Source of the DNA: an uncultured virus (IMG/VR IMGVR_UViG_3300021431_000098)
Lineage: Duplodnaviria; Heunggongvirae; Uroviricota; Caudoviricetes; Crassvirales
Virus record (IMG/VR): IMGVR_UViG_3300021431_000098
Length of the DNA: 64,000 bases
Strand: one strand, 5' to 3'
Shown: in pieces, positions 20,424 to 28,370 of the stretch
Numbering within the stretch: the stretch's first letter is position 1
Layout of the letters: each line of letters begins with the position of its first letter
Notes under the pieces: model-generated
The model's database searches: none
Told to the model about the DNA's origin: nothing
What the model saw: only the letters and a program-made list of their open reading frames with translations
Position numbers and translations under genes: made by a program

Positions 20424-21032
20424 TTAATAGTTTTCTGCATCCATAGAACTGCTCACAATTCCACCACCACGAGATAATTCAGTTTCTTTTTCATACATTA
20501 GATTTTCTCTAGCTTCGTTAAGTTTCTTTACAATACTTGGAATTTGACCTGCTTTTTCATTAACATCATCAATCAATCCAAGAATCTCTTTAGCATTTTC
20601 AGCAGTTAATCCACTACTTATTCTCTCGTGAAGTATATTAGCAATTGCGTCAATAGCTATATTTATAAGATGCAAAGATTTTAAAATATTTTCTACAACT
20701 CTACCTGCTTCACCTATATTTTCTTTATAATATCTTGTTATTAGTTTTCTTACTAGTTCATCAGGAATGTATTCTTTTGGTAAACCTGCTTGTTCAATAG
20801 CCATTTTAAGACATTCAATATCACTAAGTCCAGATTGTCTAGCAGGTGATTTAGGGTCTCCAAGATAATAAATAACAATAGCATCTTGAAGATATTTATG
20901 TTTATCTTTTGATTTATCTCTACGATACAATTCTTGAATATCCTTGTCTAGAAGTTGTGTCAGACTAGGTGGAGTAGGCATACCATTGTCATCAATGGTT
21001 AGCATAGTATTTATATCTAGTTTATTTCCCAT
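20424..21032 (-). CDS. conserved crAss protein (gene86-like; terminase small subunit candidate)
   Basis: RDKSKDK...IYYLGDPKSP; helical; C-terminal SRGGG; typical position before the nuclease. Confidence 0.55.
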   Translation of the reverse strand: MGNKLDINTMLTIDDNGMPTPPSLTQLLDKDIQELYRRDKSKDKHKYLQDAIVIYYLGDPKSPARQSGLSDIECLKMAIEQAGLPKEYIPDELVRKLITRYYKENIGEAGRVVENILKSLHLINIAIDAIANILHERISSGLTAENAKEILGLIDDVNEKAGQIPSIVKKLNEARENLMYEKETELSRGGGIVSSSMDAENY

Positions 21033-21514
21033 GCTCTATTAACTTCATTAAGTTCTATACAAGTATAACAAACAAATTTTGCAATGTTTTCAGAGTTATA
21101 TCTTAACCTCATTAATCTATAAAACATTTTATTTTTAGACAAGAATAAACTTAATTTCCAATTTGCAAATCTTTTCTCTTTAGTAGTTTCTCTTACATCA
21201 TTGTGAAGTTCTTGCCTAAAAAGAATATATTTCTCTTTTGGAAGAGTTTCTCTTGCATAAGATATAATATCTTTTGTTTCTTGAGTATTGAGTATTTTTT
21301 GTGTTTCAGGAACTTTAATATTACCAAGAAAAGGAATACCTGTCCATCTACCAGCACTTATAAAGTTAGCTGCATTTAATTCACAATTGTTAATAACTTC
21401 TAGAACTAGTTCTTTATCTATTATGTTTTCGTCGATACATTCCATAATGTCATCGCGTCTACACACAATAACATCATAACCATTTGGGAATTTAAGAGTA
21501 TCTGCCATATTCAT
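21017..21514 (-). CDS. HU/IHF-like DNA-binding protein
   Basis: Two helices then GRWTGIPFLGNIKV, resembling the HU/IHF V-x-I-x-GFG-x-F strand; ATG at 21514 or 21508 preferred over TTG 21547. Confidence 0.55.
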   Translation of the reverse strand: MNMADTLKFPNGYDVIVCRRDDIMECIDENIIDKELVLEVINNCELNAANFISAGRWTGIPFLGNIKVPETQKILNTQETKDIISYARETLPKEKYILFRQELHNDVRETTKEKRFANWKLSLFLSKNKMFYRLMRLRYNSENIAKFVCYTCIELNEVNRAWEIN

Positions 21515-21519
21515 TATTA

Positions 21520-21567
21520 TTCTTTTTACAGGGGGAGTGTATTCCAACTCCCCCGTAAAGAAGATAT
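21520..21567 (-). promoter_or_regulatory. inverted-repeat element built from two GGGGG motifs (homologous to 48965-49031)
   Basis: Minus strand ATATCTTCTTTACGGGGGAGTTGGAATACACTCCCCCTGTAAAAAGAA. Confidence 0.7.
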
Positions 21568-21573
21568 TAGCAA

Positions 21574-22107
21574 TTAATTATTATTAACTTTAATGTACTC
21601 AAACTTATCAAAATTAGGAGCTTCATTGTAAACTCCTTTAATATCATTATTGGGGATAAGTTTAAATTCTATAAAATATACATTTTCGTTTTTAGTATCA
21701 TCATATTCAAGTTCAGGAAAAACGCCTTTAACTCTTGTTGCAATAGCATTTAAAAAACGAGCAAGATTAAGAGGATTAGTCGGAACTGCTACTCTAACAC
21801 CAAGTTCAATATCATTGGAAGTAACAAGAAGCTTTTGACCAAGTTTAACATCCATTATATTTTGGAGTTGTCCACCTTTTACAAAAATAGGAATAACTCC
21901 AATATCTGAACTCTTAGATTTGTTTTTACCAGCAATAATCAAATCATTAATTTTATTGTAACAAACAATACCTACAAGAGTATAATGCTCAGCAATTTCA
22001 ATACTTTCTCCAACTTTTGTTAGAAAATCATTACTAATCTCATCAAGACTTGTAGGAAGATTAAATGTGGTAACTTTACCTTGTGATTTTACTTTAATTT
22101 CTTTCAT
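21574..22107 (-). CDS. hypothetical protein (first gene of late module)
   Basis: 177 aa ORF with normal phage codon usage. Confidence 0.75.
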   Translation of the reverse strand: MKEIKVKSQGKVTTFNLPTSLDEISNDFLTKVGESIEIAEHYTLVGIVCYNKINDLIIAGKNKSKSSDIGVIPIFVKGGQLQNIMDVKLGQKLLVTSNDIELGVRVAVPTNPLNLARFLNAIATRVKGVFPELEYDDTKNENVYFIEFKLIPNNDIKGVYNEAPNFDKFEYIKVNNN

Positions 22108-23154
22108 TTCTTTAAATGTTAAATTAATACTTGAACTATATTCTTTTCTATTTGTATTATTATTTACAATTTTATATTGGTGATTTACTTGTACAAAAGT
22201 AAGGTTAATAGTTGGATTAAGTGGTTTAAAATTTATTAAAAATTGTTAAAAAGTATTAAATTAACTTAAAATTTTGACTTGGCAGTATTAAAAAGAATTA
22301 ACATTTTTTAAGAAAATAAATTTGCATATTTAAAAATAAAATGTATTTTTTATTAATATACCTTATTTATATTAATATTAATTATTAATTAATAATTAAT
22401 TATTATTTATTATTAATAATATATTTATTATTAATAATAAATATATATTTATATATTATTTTATTATTAATTTTACTTATATTACTAGTAATATTACTAA
22501 TTATAAGAGTTAAAATAGAGATAAATATGAAATTATTAGTAAAATTGTTTATTGAGTTGGACATTATTTTGTTAATATTGTTGGAAAAATTGAAACACTT
22601 ATCGGTTTGGAGAGAGATGTAATGGATTTTTGGAGTGGAGATAAAAATGGAGAAAATATTGCGGAAAGGTGGAAAATGATAGTGAAAATTTTAAAGAATT
22701 ATTAGTATTGAAATAGGTAAAGATAAAAAATATTAAAATAATGGAAGAAAAAGTGAAAATGGAAGTGAAGATGTGAGGAGAAAAGTAGAAAATGTTAAAA
22801 TAAGAGTAAATATGGGAAAATTAGGATGAAATTAAAACAATAAAAGGTAAAGAAGATTTGATGAAATTGAATGTGAAAATGAAAATAGAGAAAATATTGA
22901 GAAAATGTAGAAAAATAAAGAGAAAATAAAGAGAAAATAAAATAATGATAAAAATAACGTAATGTATAGAGATAGGGATAGAAGAAAATGAAAAATATGG
23001 TGTATAGGTGTAAGGAGGGAGGTATGTAGGGGAAGCCCCTACTATCAAGTAACGCTTGTAACACCCCCGCCATCACCTAATGAATAATCAAGTTTGTTCT
23101 CGGCAAGATAGAGTTCTTGCTTAACATAATTATCAACATCAAAATTACAAAACT
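22108..23154. other. divergent non-coding switch region (near-pure AT tract, then purine-rich tract)
   Basis: ~22330-22505 almost free of G/C; ~22505-23030 strongly A/G-skewed on +; coding strand flips here. Confidence 0.8.
22194..22201 (-). promoter_or_regulatory. Bacteroidota -7 promoter element (TACTTTTG)
   Basis: TAnnTTTG upstream of the leftward module. Confidence 0.55.
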
Positions 23155-23664
23155 ATGGCAAACAAAGTTAACACAATCGAAACCAAAATGTTTATTGGTG
23201 AAACTACTCTTTGGCTCAACAATCAGCCTATTACAAAGGAAGAATACCAGGCTAAGAAAGATGCTTGGCAGGCTCAAGATGCTGAATACAAAGCAGCACA
23301 TCCTTTTGTTCATGCTACGGCACAAGCTGACGTTCATTTCGGTGACGATGTTCAACGTGTTGTTGCGTGGAATGACGATTGGACTGCCAAAACAATCCAA
23401 AACACAAGAATTTTGGCAATACCACAAGGAGCTTTGAAGGCGATGTTGCTACAAAGTTACGAGAAGTCAAAAATCTACACTCGCGACTGTCGCAAGAAGA
23501 AGGCTGACGATGAGATGAAGTGGGACATCTTTTGCGACATCTTCGAAGATGTGAAAGTGAGAGTGACGCAAGAACAAGTTGCTGTTGGTGCAACGCATCA
23601 AGGCGGCACTACACCTTACAGCAAAGAAGCATTTCACACAACTATTGAAGTTGTGGAGGAATAG
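23155..23664 (+). CDS. early hypothetical protein, paralog of 23871..24413
   Basis: Host-like codon usage; C-terminal VGATHQGGTTPYSKEAFHTTIEVV. Confidence 0.85.
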   Translation: MANKVNTIETKMFIGETTLWLNNQPITKEEYQAKKDAWQAQDAEYKAAHPFVHATAQADVHFGDDVQRVVAWNDDWTAKTIQNTRILAIPQGALKAMLLQSYEKSKIYTRDCRKKKADDEMKWDIFCDIFEDVKVRVTQEQVAVGATHQGGTTPYSKEAFHTTIEVVEE

Positions 23665-23673
23665 CAACAACAC

Positions 23674-23719
23674 AACAAGTGCCACTGCCAGTGTTACAGC
23701 TGGTGGTGGTGCTTGTTTT
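23674..23719 (+). terminator. intrinsic terminator
   Basis: AACAAGTGCCACTGCCAG / CTGGTGGTGGTGCTTGTT stem with G-U pairs, then T's. Confidence 0.65.
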
Positions 23720-23870
23720 CACAAACCTCAAAATAATCTTGGTCACCTTGTTAATAATCAAGGATGACCTAGGGAATAATCAAGAACGAGTTCGGTGCAA
23801 AGTTATTGTCTTAGTAAGACTTTTGTTGAATTAAGACTTATAATTAGTACCAATTAAAATACTAAACAAA

Positions 23871-24413
23871 ATGAAAAATAAGATTAGGCTCGATTTGGCG
23901 TTAACCTACTGGGTCAAGGTTGACGAAGAGCAAGAAAGAGTGATGACCCTAGAAGAACTAACTGCTTTGCAAGAAAGTAATCTTGCTCTTGATGCAGAAC
24001 AGAGAAAATCAATTAAAGTCCGTCGTGATGGAACTATTCGATTTTCAGAACCTATTAAGCAAGTTGCTAAATGGGATGATGCTTTTGAACCTGCTGAAGA
24101 AGTAGATACTAAAGTTATGAATCGTCCTATGCGTGAAATTATGGGTATGCTTATGACTGATGAGATTTCTGATGCACTTTTCGATAAAGAGTGTGAAGAT
24201 ATGGACAATCAAGAGGCTGCTCATATTGCTAATGGTAGTAAACCTACAAGTACTGGGTGGACCCCTGAAAAGCGTTGGCGTGAATTTGCCAAAATTGTCC
24301 GAAATATGGATGTCGAAGTTGAACAAACTCTTATTCATGTTGGACAAACTCGTCCTAACGGTACAACTCCTTATACGCTTTCACAATATTATACAGAAAT
24401 CAAACCTGTGTAA
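23871..24413 (+). CDS. early hypothetical protein, paralog of 23155..23664
   Basis: C-terminal VGQTRPNGTTPYTLSQYYTEIKPV. Confidence 0.85.
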   Translation: MKNKIRLDLALTYWVKVDEEQERVMTLEELTALQESNLALDAEQRKSIKVRRDGTIRFSEPIKQVAKWDDAFEPAEEVDTKVMNRPMREIMGMLMTDEISDALFDKECEDMDNQEAAHIANGSKPTSTGWTPEKRWREFAKIVRNMDVEVEQTLIHVGQTRPNGTTPYTLSQYYTEIKPV

Positions 24414-24481
24414 CGTTGTGTTAGTGTTGTCTCAGCATCTCGTAGTGAATATAGATGTTGAGACCAAAGATGTTGATAATA

Positions 24482-24564
24482 AACACACTCGTTGTTGAAT
24501 TAAATGTTCGACAATTATTAGTAGAGCTCAAAATGATAAAGAGTGTGTTAAAAGGGCTCTGCTA
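24482..24564 (+). ncRNA. candidate H-type pseudoknot RNA
   Basis: AACACACTC(24482-90)/GAGTGTGTT(24541-49) crossing TAGTAGAGCTC(24519-29)/GGGCTCTGCTA(24554-64), plus inner hairpin 24492-24514. Confidence 0.5.
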
Positions 24565-24888
24565 CCACCACCTTCTCTAACTCTTATTAATCCTTTTTAA
24601 CAACTTAGAGAAGAATATTACCATACTGCCAAGTTTTTAATGTTATTCATTGTCATTAATCTGACTATGTTTATCATTATTCTTGGCAGTGTGTTAATAG
24701 TGGTATTGTGGTTAAAAACTAAGATAATTTATCTTAATTGAAATCACTATACTGCCAAGTTAATATTAATTATTTTAAACCTACTATAGCACATATCCAA
24801 AGTAGTGCAACTCTTAATGAGGAAGGTGATGGAAATAATTATAGAAAACTAATATAATAACAACATAAAATAAAGAAAGGAAATTAAA

Positions 24889-25104
24889 ATGGCAAACACA
24901 GTATCTTATAATCAGCTAACAATTCATGAACGAATTAATCTTCGTTCTGGTTTTGATGTAGCTATAACTAGAGAAATGAACAAAGAAACTTGTAGAATTA
25001 AACAATGTGCAAATTCTCAGATAAATAGAAATGGTTGCCAAAGAGAATATGATATTGATAGATTTTACAGTTCTTCGAGAACGTGGGCTGGACATAGAAA
25101 CTAA
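24889..25104 (+). CDS. hypothetical protein
   Basis: ATG preceded by GAAAGGAAATTAAA. Confidence 0.7.
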   Translation: MANTVSYNQLTIHERINLRSGFDVAITREMNKETCRIKQCANSQINRNGCQREYDIDRFYSSSRTWAGHRN

Positions 25105-25161
25105 AAAGTTGGGGAAATCGTAAAGAAAGTACCCAACTTATAAAAATTGTAGTAATACTAC

Positions 25162-25229
25162 ACGTCATCCTGGAGACGTTAAAATAACATCTGATGAGAC
25201 AGGACGAAATACTATTAAGTATCATGTTA
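25162..25229 (+). ncRNA. hammerhead ribozyme, type I with pseudoknot
   Basis: Stem I TAACAT/ATGTTA, CTGATGA 25191-97, minimal stem II with CAGGA pairing TCCTG in a 5' hairpin loop, GAAA 25206-09, stem III TACT/AGTA, cleavage triplet AUC (after C25223). Confidence 0.88.
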
Positions 25230-25253
25230 AACTAATAATGAAAGGAAATTAAA

Positions 25254-25520
25254 ATGAATTACATTTATTATGGCATTTTCAGTTCTCCTTATGTAAATGA
25301 TGGAGAAAAGTATCTTAGTACAAATCCTGCTGAATCACTGGATGAGCTGTATGAAAGATGTGGTACAGATGAAACTGTAGAAGATTACATTGCATTTGAT
25401 AAAGATGATTTGATTGCTTGCAAAAGTGCATTCAATCAATGTAGAAAATTCATGTGTGATGATTTACTTGTTCGCATGGATTTTGGCAATCTTGATGTAG
25501 ATGCTGTACTAAGTGAATAA
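25254..25520 (+). CDS. small acidic hypothetical protein
   Basis: 88 aa; same leader GAAAGGAAATTAAAATG. Confidence 0.8.
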   Translation: MNYIYYGIFSSPYVNDGEKYLSTNPAESLDELYERCGTDETVEDYIAFDKDDLIACKSAFNQCRKFMCDDLLVRMDFGNLDVDAVLSE

Positions 25521-25560
25521 CCAATTCCCTGAAATGCTATGCAAAGTAGGGGAATAAACT

Positions 25561-25735
25561 TGCTCTTACTTGTTGATAAACCTATAATCAAATCATTAAG
25601 TTAGAGTAAAAACTGATATTGTAATTGTTAATGTCAAAACATACAAGCTAAGTATAGGTTAGCATGGCCTCCAACTAATTGTTAAGATAATTGCTTTGGT
25701 TGGGATAACTGTTTTGGTGTTGATGATTATAGTAT
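25561..25735 (+). ncRNA. candidate structured ncRNA with kissing loops
   Basis: 26-bp stem 25616-41/25710-35 fully paired with 8 G-U pairs; loop CCTATA (25581-86) complementary to loop TATAGG (25653-58). Confidence 0.65.
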
Positions 25736-25770
25736 TCTACTTGGGAGTTTAAAGTTTCAGCCAAGTAATT

Positions 25771-25854
25771 GCCGTCATGGAGGAATTGGAAGTCTCGACA
25801 GACTTAAAATCTGTTGTCCGCAAGGACGTGTGGGTTCAAGTCCCACTGACGGTA
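25771..25854 (+). tRNA. tRNA-Leu(TAA)
   Basis: Acceptor GCCGTCA/TGACGGT, anticodon arm ACAGA-CTTAAAA-TCTGT, long variable arm, TTCAAGT T-loop; no encoded CCA. Confidence 0.93.
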
Positions 25855-25931
25855 CTAAAACAAATGTTTAACTTAAAAAAGGTTGAAATACCTTTGGTGA
25901 TGAAAAATCACCATAAAATCTTTATCAATAT

Positions 25932-26025
25932 GGACTACCTTGACGTGGTGATAAAGCTTTTACTAAGAGTCCTAAATATTGTGCTATAAGAGTTGCAACG
26001 CCATGTCCTTTCTTTGCATAATATT
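25932..26025 (+). ncRNA. two-hairpin loop-loop RNA (skipping-rope-like architecture)
   Basis: GGACT/AGTCC hairpin, short TA linker, AATATTGTGC/GCATAATATT hairpin; loops GACGTGGTG/CGCCATGTC pair over 9 bp. Confidence 0.65.
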
Positions 26026-26082
26026 ATTAGTTTAATAGTTGCAACTCTTTTTAATTGAATTATTAATTAAAATATAAATATT

Positions 26083-26304
26083 ATGCAAATACAAACTAAA
26101 TTTAACATAGGTGACTTTGTAAGAGTTATCGATGAAGATGAATATATCTTTTCTATAAAAGGTATAGAAGTTTATATAAAAGATGATAAAACTTCGATTT
26201 ATTATAGACCTGGAAGTACATATGAGAATGAATATGGTGATACTTGTTATCATGCCATTAGAGAAGATAAACTAATTAAAATAAAGATAATAGAAGAAAC
26301 ATAA
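26083..26304 (+). CDS. hypothetical protein (SH3/KOW-like, TKFNIGD-x-V)
   Basis: Common small phage family pattern. Confidence 0.7.
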   Translation: MQIQTKFNIGDFVRVIDEDEYIFSIKGIEVYIKDDKTSIYYRPGSTYENEYGDTCYHAIREDKLIKIKIIEET

Positions 26305-26313
26305 ATTTAAAAA

Positions 26314-26796
26314 ATGAAGAAATTAAATCCAAATCCTAAGTATCTGCATTCGATTAATACAGTTATATTAGGTATAATGATTGCAATATCGTTATGTGTA
26401 TTTTGTTCCTGCAATAGTTGGAATGGAGATAATTCTAATCCCCCTGTAAAGAAGATTGCATATATTAACTTTCATTTTGATTGTATGATTGATTGTATTT
26501 GGAATGGAAGTAATATTGTAATTGAATATTCTGATGGTACTGATTATACAAAATATAATACTATTAGCGATAGTTTATTCACTAATTATATTTGTATTAA
26601 TGTACCAAACTCTCTAGCACACAATCTGATTGAAGATTACAAAGATTGGTATGCTGCTGATGATACGCTTTACGCTATGCATTTAGAATATCGTTGGTAT
26701 ATTGAAGAAATAATAGAAAATAACACTATAAAATTCACACTTAAAGAAAGGACTGAAAATGAAACAACACCAAACTTGCATCCGTCAAGTAATTGA
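26314..26796 (+). CDS. putative lipoprotein/membrane protein
   Basis: Hydrophobic N-region ending VFCSC (lipobox-like). Confidence 0.6.
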   Translation: MKKLNPNPKYLHSINTVILGIMIAISLCVFCSCNSWNGDNSNPPVKKIAYINFHFDCMIDCIWNGSNIVIEYSDGTDYTKYNTISDSLFTNYICINVPNSLAHNLIEDYKDWYAADDTLYAMHLEYRWYIEEIIENNTIKFTLKERTENETTPNLHPSSN

Positions 26797-26971
26797 CGTT
26801 GATGCAGTAATTCCAACAAGAATCATAATGTCTGGAGAACATGGCAGAAAGTATAATGTTACTATTACAGAACATTATAGTGACCATATTAATAGTATTA
26901 CGATTGTTTGTGATAATCGTGATGCTGCTATTAAAGAAATCAGACAACAAAAGAAAAACAGAAAAAGATGA
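26759..26971 (+). CDS. hypothetical protein
   Basis: Co-oriented, coupled to the next gene. Confidence 0.55.
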   Translation: MKQHQTCIRQVIDVDAVIPTRIIMSGEHGRKYNVTITEHYSDHINSITIVCDNRDAAIKEIRQQKKNRKR

Positions 26972-27168
26972 GAAATACATTTAAATATATTAGAATCAAT
27001 GGAACTACAGGTATTGCTGTTTGGGACAACGAAGACCAGCAATCTTGTAAAAATGCACTTCATACTTTATTTGATAATGTTGTTTCTTTAGAAACATTAC
27101 GTAAACTAAACTTTGGTAGTTTAAATATAGATGACGAGTTTAATGAATATTTTAAACAACCAGATTGA
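26968..27168 (+). CDS. hypothetical protein
   Basis: ATGA overlap with the previous gene. Confidence 0.65.
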   Translation: MRNTFKYIRINGTTGIAVWDNEDQQSCKNALHTLFDNVVSLETLRKLNFGSLNIDDEFNEYFKQPD

Positions 27169-27191
27169 TTTTGGTCTTAGTGATTTAATAA

Positions 27192-27224
27192 TAGTCAGCG
27201 TGCTTGATGAAGAGTACGCTGACT
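27192..27224 (+). terminator. hairpin/terminator
   Basis: AGTCAGCGTGCT / AGTACGCTGACT. Confidence 0.5.
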
Positions 27225-27251
27225 CTTGGTTTAACTTTAATAATTAAAAAT

Positions 27252-27530
27252 ATGGATAAGATTACAAAAACAATATTGTGTGTCATAGTGTCCCTATTGC
27301 TATTAACAGTAGGAGTGCAAATTGGTCTCAAAAAGACAAGAGACCAAATAAACTATAAAAATGCAAGTTTTATTTATAATGAAGAAATTCTTTGTTATAA
27401 AGAACTTGTACAGGCTATTGATGATTATCAGTTTGAAAAATATAATGACACTATTCTTATTGGCGAAAATGTTAGAAGTCAAATTGACTATTTAGAGCAT
27501 CAATTGGATTCAATATATAGTGTAAATTAA
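27252..27530 (+). CDS. N-terminal TM hypothetical protein
   Basis: ATG at 27252; ILCVIVSLLLLTVGV. Confidence 0.65.
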   Translation: MDKITKTILCVIVSLLLLTVGVQIGLKKTRDQINYKNASFIYNEEILCYKELVQAIDDYQFEKYNDTILIGENVRSQIDYLEHQLDSIYSVN

Positions 27531-27536
27531 CTTGAT

Positions 27537-27770
27537 ATGAAACACAAAGAATGGCCGATAATGTTATTATTGTCATTGGCAGTAATAGCACTAATGATTT
27601 CTGGCTATCAAAGGTCAGAATTAGAAAGAGTAATTTGTATTCAATCTGATATTATTAGAAATGTATCAGATATTTATGAACACGATAGTGTTTATAATGT
27701 AGCTCAATATTATCTTGAAGAAATTGAGTTAGATACAAATTATCTAAAAACTAAATGTTATATGTATTAA
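27537..27770 (+). CDS. N-terminal TM hypothetical protein
   Basis: IMLLLSLAVIALMI. Confidence 0.65.
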   Translation: MKHKEWPIMLLLSLAVIALMISGYQRSELERVICIQSDIIRNVSDIYEHDSVYNVAQYYLEEIELDTNYLKTKCYMY

Positions 27771-27783
27771 TAAATCGTTTAAA

Positions 27784-28137
27784 ATGAAAAAGATTATTTT
27801 ACTTATAGCACTTGTTGTTGTTGCTATAAGTGTTAATGCCCAAACCAACAACATATCAACACTTTCTTCTACGGGGGGATATGAATATACTCCTAATACT
27901 AAAACGTATGTAGCAAAGAAAGCTACTAGGAATAAAGTAGAACCAATAAAGACTGAATATAAGTATCAAGACCGTAAAGGTGTTGAACATGATATTTATA
28001 TTAGTTCAAGAGGTAGATGTTTTTACTATGTTACCAACAAAGATGGTGAACAAGATAAAAGATATTTACCTAAAGAACTTAGTAAAGAAATTGCTAGTAA
28101 AGTAGGTGTTGAGTATAAAGAGGATAAGAAATCCTAA
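27784..28137 (+). CDS. secreted hypothetical protein
   Basis: Bacteroidota-type signal peptide MKKIILLIALVVVAISVNA-Q. Confidence 0.75.
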   Translation: MKKIILLIALVVVAISVNAQTNNISTLSSTGGYEYTPNTKTYVAKKATRNKVEPIKTEYKYQDRKGVEHDIYISSRGRCFYYVTNKDGEQDKRYLPKELSKEIASKVGVEYKEDKKS

Positions 28138-28185
28138 ATAATGTTAAAAGGTACTGATAATGTTCTGTAATTCAGATATTGTTAG

Positions 28186-28193
28186 TACCTTTG
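28186..28193 (+). promoter_or_regulatory. Bacteroidota -7 element (TACCTTTG) inside a hairpin arm (28148-28192)
   Basis: TAnnTTTG followed by CA. Confidence 0.6.
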
Positions 28194-28218
28194 CATTGTA
28201 ATTCTAACAAATAATAAT

Positions 28219-28344
28219 ATGTGTACCCATAACGATGACAACGAATATGCTGTAACTATTGATTCAGATTACTTTGATAGTGATTATGATGATGTAGAAG
28301 AACAGCAAGAAGAAGAACAAGAATCAGATATTCTATTTGATTAA
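28219..28344 (+). CDS. 41-aa hyper-acidic peptide
   Basis: MCTHNDDNEYAVTIDSDYFDSDYDDVEEQQEEEQESDILFD; below the ORF-track cutoff; directly after a promoter. Confidence 0.65.
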   Translation: MCTHNDDNEYAVTIDSDYFDSDYDDVEEQQEEEQESDILFD

Positions 28345-28370
28345 TTAATAATTTAAAACGTTTTAAAATT

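Noticed and set aside
22795..23076. Phe/Ile-rich minus-strand ORFs resembling membrane proteins
   Set aside because: Translation artefact of the purine-rich tract.
25777..25989. 70-aa ORF
   Set aside because: Overlaps tRNA-Leu and a structured RNA; likely spurious.
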